DNA of 16,498 nucleotides from a virus (Duplodnaviria; Heunggongvirae; Uroviricota; Caudoviricetes): IMG/VR virus record IMGVR_UViG_2737471837_000012, positions 1 to 16,498 of that record; one strand, 5' to 3'. Shown piece by piece: positions 15,315 to 16,498 of this stretch (position 1 is its first letter; each line of letters starts with the position of its first letter). The notes under the pieces were generated by a model. It saw only the letters and a program-made list of their open reading frames with translations, ran no database searches and was not told where the DNA came from. The position numbers and the translations under genes were made by a program.

Positions 15315-15740
15315 ATGTTTGGTATTTTCAAAAAGAAAACACGCAAGGCCATTACCGAAGTGAAGAAGATGGAGAATCGCGATGCAGTGGAGGCGACCGT
15401 CTGGGGTGCGTATTCCATTGCATATGCTGACGGCACCTGTGACGCGAAAGAAATCGCGGTACTGGAGAAAACCATTGCAGCACTTCCTGCCTTTGCGCCG
15501 TTCTCGGGTGAGATTGCACAAATGAGTGCAAATATCCGCGCCCGTTATGAAGCATCGCCGCGTTCTGCCAATGCCGAAGCCCTCCGCCAGCTGGCTGATA
15601 TTGCAGGTACTGATGACGCAGTTAATGTGCTGTGCCTGTGTCTGGATATCGCTGACCAGGATGGTATTGGTCCGGATGAAGAAGCACAGCTCAAGAAAAT
15701 TGCTCAGGCGCTGCAGCTACCACTGGAGCAGTACCTGTGA
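15315..15740 (+). CDS. TerB-like (tellurite-resistance TerB family) domain protein (141 aa)
   Basis: AGGA upstream. Sequence character typical of TerB-like helical proteins (AVWGAYSIAYADGTCDAKEIAVLEKTIAAL ... VLCLCLDIADQDGIGPDEEAQLKKIAQ). Family assignment is by eye only. Confidence 0.65.
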   Translation: MFGIFKKKTRKAITEVKKMENRDAVEATVWGAYSIAYADGTCDAKEIAVLEKTIAALPAFAPFSGEIAQMSANIRARYEASPRSANAEALRQLADIAGTDDAVNVLCLCLDIADQDGIGPDEEAQLKKIAQALQLPLEQYL

Positions 15741-15901
15741 AAAGTGCGCGCCTTGTGCTGGCTGCCATCCTGCTGTTTCTGGTAGTGGCAGTGGATTTCA
15801 CCGGACGGCTGATGTCGGTACTGGCAGATGGTGTGCTGGTGGCGGGGATGGTGATAATGGTGTTGCCTTTGCTGAAGAGTGTAAAAAATACACAGACGTG
15901 A
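15737..15901 (+). CDS. Candidate small membrane protein (54 aa, two hydrophobic helices), coupled to the TerB-like gene
   Basis: GTG start overlaps the TerB-like stop (GTGA) with GGAG 8 nt upstream. Translation VKSARLVLAAILLFLVVAVDFTGRLMSVLADGVLVAGMVIMVLPLLKSVKNTQT. Below the track size cutoff. Confidence 0.4.
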   Translation: MKSARLVLAAILLFLVVAVDFTGRLMSVLADGVLVAGMVIMVLPLLKSVKNTQT

Positions 15902-16095
15902 AATGTTAAATCCATCACAATTAAGTTGATTGGGCATTGCTGGTTGACGGAGCTTTTGTTAGAAAAAATTTGCATGGTGGATCCCCCCGGGTGGTGGGCA
16001 TATGAGTGATGTATGTTTCTGTTCTGCTCCTTTATTATGCTGATTCGGGTACTGATACTGAATTCATCGGGAGGCACCCGGCACCATGCAAGCAT

Positions 16096-16119
16096 GCCCC
16101 TCTCCTGAGGGGCTTTTTA
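16096..16119 (+). terminator. Rho-independent terminator closing the TerB-like operon
   Basis: Stem GCCCCTC / GAGGGGC with loop TCCT, followed by TTTTT. Confidence 0.7.
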
Positions 16120-16162
16120 TATAAACAGGTTCTACAGATTCTATCAGACATGCGTAAACTTA

Positions 16163-16498
16163 TTATGGCCTGTGTCGTTTTAGTCCGTAGGGGCATATTT
16201 GCAGAATGCAACGGTTATTAAAGCATTCATTAAATACGTTATCTGAATTTGCAGGGCATTCCTGGCTGTTTTTGATTAAATCCCAGAATCTTTTATTGAA
16301 TGGTACAACGTTGTAAATGGTTACAGGTAGCACTTTGTTATTGAGTACGATACCTGTGTGAGTCAGCGTAAATATACTTTCAGGAGGTAAGAAAACATCC
16401 GATTGATACCAGATTATTAATTTTATTTTACTCCATATGGCTGAAAAAGATATTCCACATGATGGCTGGATAACTGTGTCAATCACAATCCACTTCAT
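16163..16498 (-). CDS. Hypothetical protein, AT-rich, possibly truncated at the window edge
   Basis: ORF runs to the last base of the window; the ATG at the edge may not be the true start. No recognisable motif. Confidence 0.3.
   Translation of the reverse strand: MKWIVIDTVIQPSCGISFSAIWSKIKLIIWYQSDVFLPPESIFTLTHTGIVLNNKVLPVTIYNVVPFNKRFWDLIKNSQECPANSDNVFNECFNNRCILQICPYGLKRHRP

Larger units (their letters stand above)
1..16498. mobile_element. Segment of a lambdoid prophage (int-xis / early-left cargo / cI-cro / replication / RusA / Q / late-region cargo)
   Basis: Gene order and orientation match lambdoid phage modules: int and xis leftward, divergent cI/cro, rightward replication genes, RusA and a Q-like gene followed by an intrinsic terminator. 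Neither attachment site is inside the window. Confidence 0.85.

Noticed and set aside
15526-15909. Alternative-frame ORF (127 aa) overlapping the TerB-like gene, and the 62-aa ORF at 15242-15430
   Set aside because: Cys/Arg-rich, low-complexity translation typical of off-frame reading of GC-rich coding sequence. The TerB-like frame gives a coherent protein.
15979-16097. Cluster of common restriction sites (GGATCC, CCCGGG, CATATG, GAATTC, GCATGC) resembling a cloning polylinker
   Set aside because: Sites are separated by native-looking sequence, their order and spacing do not match common vector polylinkers, and the region ends in a natural intrinsic terminator. No other vector signatures are present.

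Overview
The window reads as one contiguous segment of a lambdoid (lambda-like) prophage from an enterobacterial host; all calls below come from reading the sequence and ORF translations by eye, with no database search run. Left to right: a tyrosine integrase and excisionase on the minus strand (1-1606), then an early-left accessory operon (1615-5638, minus) that is AT-rich in its 3.3-5.7 kb part and holds the candidate novel cargo. Next comes a cI/cro immunity switch (6006-7118) with back-to-back promoters and CTAT..ATAG operator repeats that recur downstream of cI as a putative OL/PL. Rightward follow Rha-family and Bro-N/KilAC antirepressor genes, a replication module (O-like initiator with internal iterons, zinc-ribbon DnaC-like loader, DnaB-like helicase), RusA, a Q-like antiterminator and a tR'-like terminator. 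After that terminator sit cargo genes where Stx phages carry toxin genes: an AT-rich AraC-family regulator and a TerB-like protein coupled to a small membrane protein. No rRNA, tRNA or CRISPR array was seen. The best candidates for an undescribed system are (1) a small membrane protein translationally coupled to an SPFH/band-7 lipoprotein, (2) a tandem-HTH protein that duplicates the cI DNA-binding domain at the lambda N position, (3) an overlapping 62-aa/193-aa gene pair, and (4) the TerB-like/membrane-protein pair. Their functions are inferred and untested.
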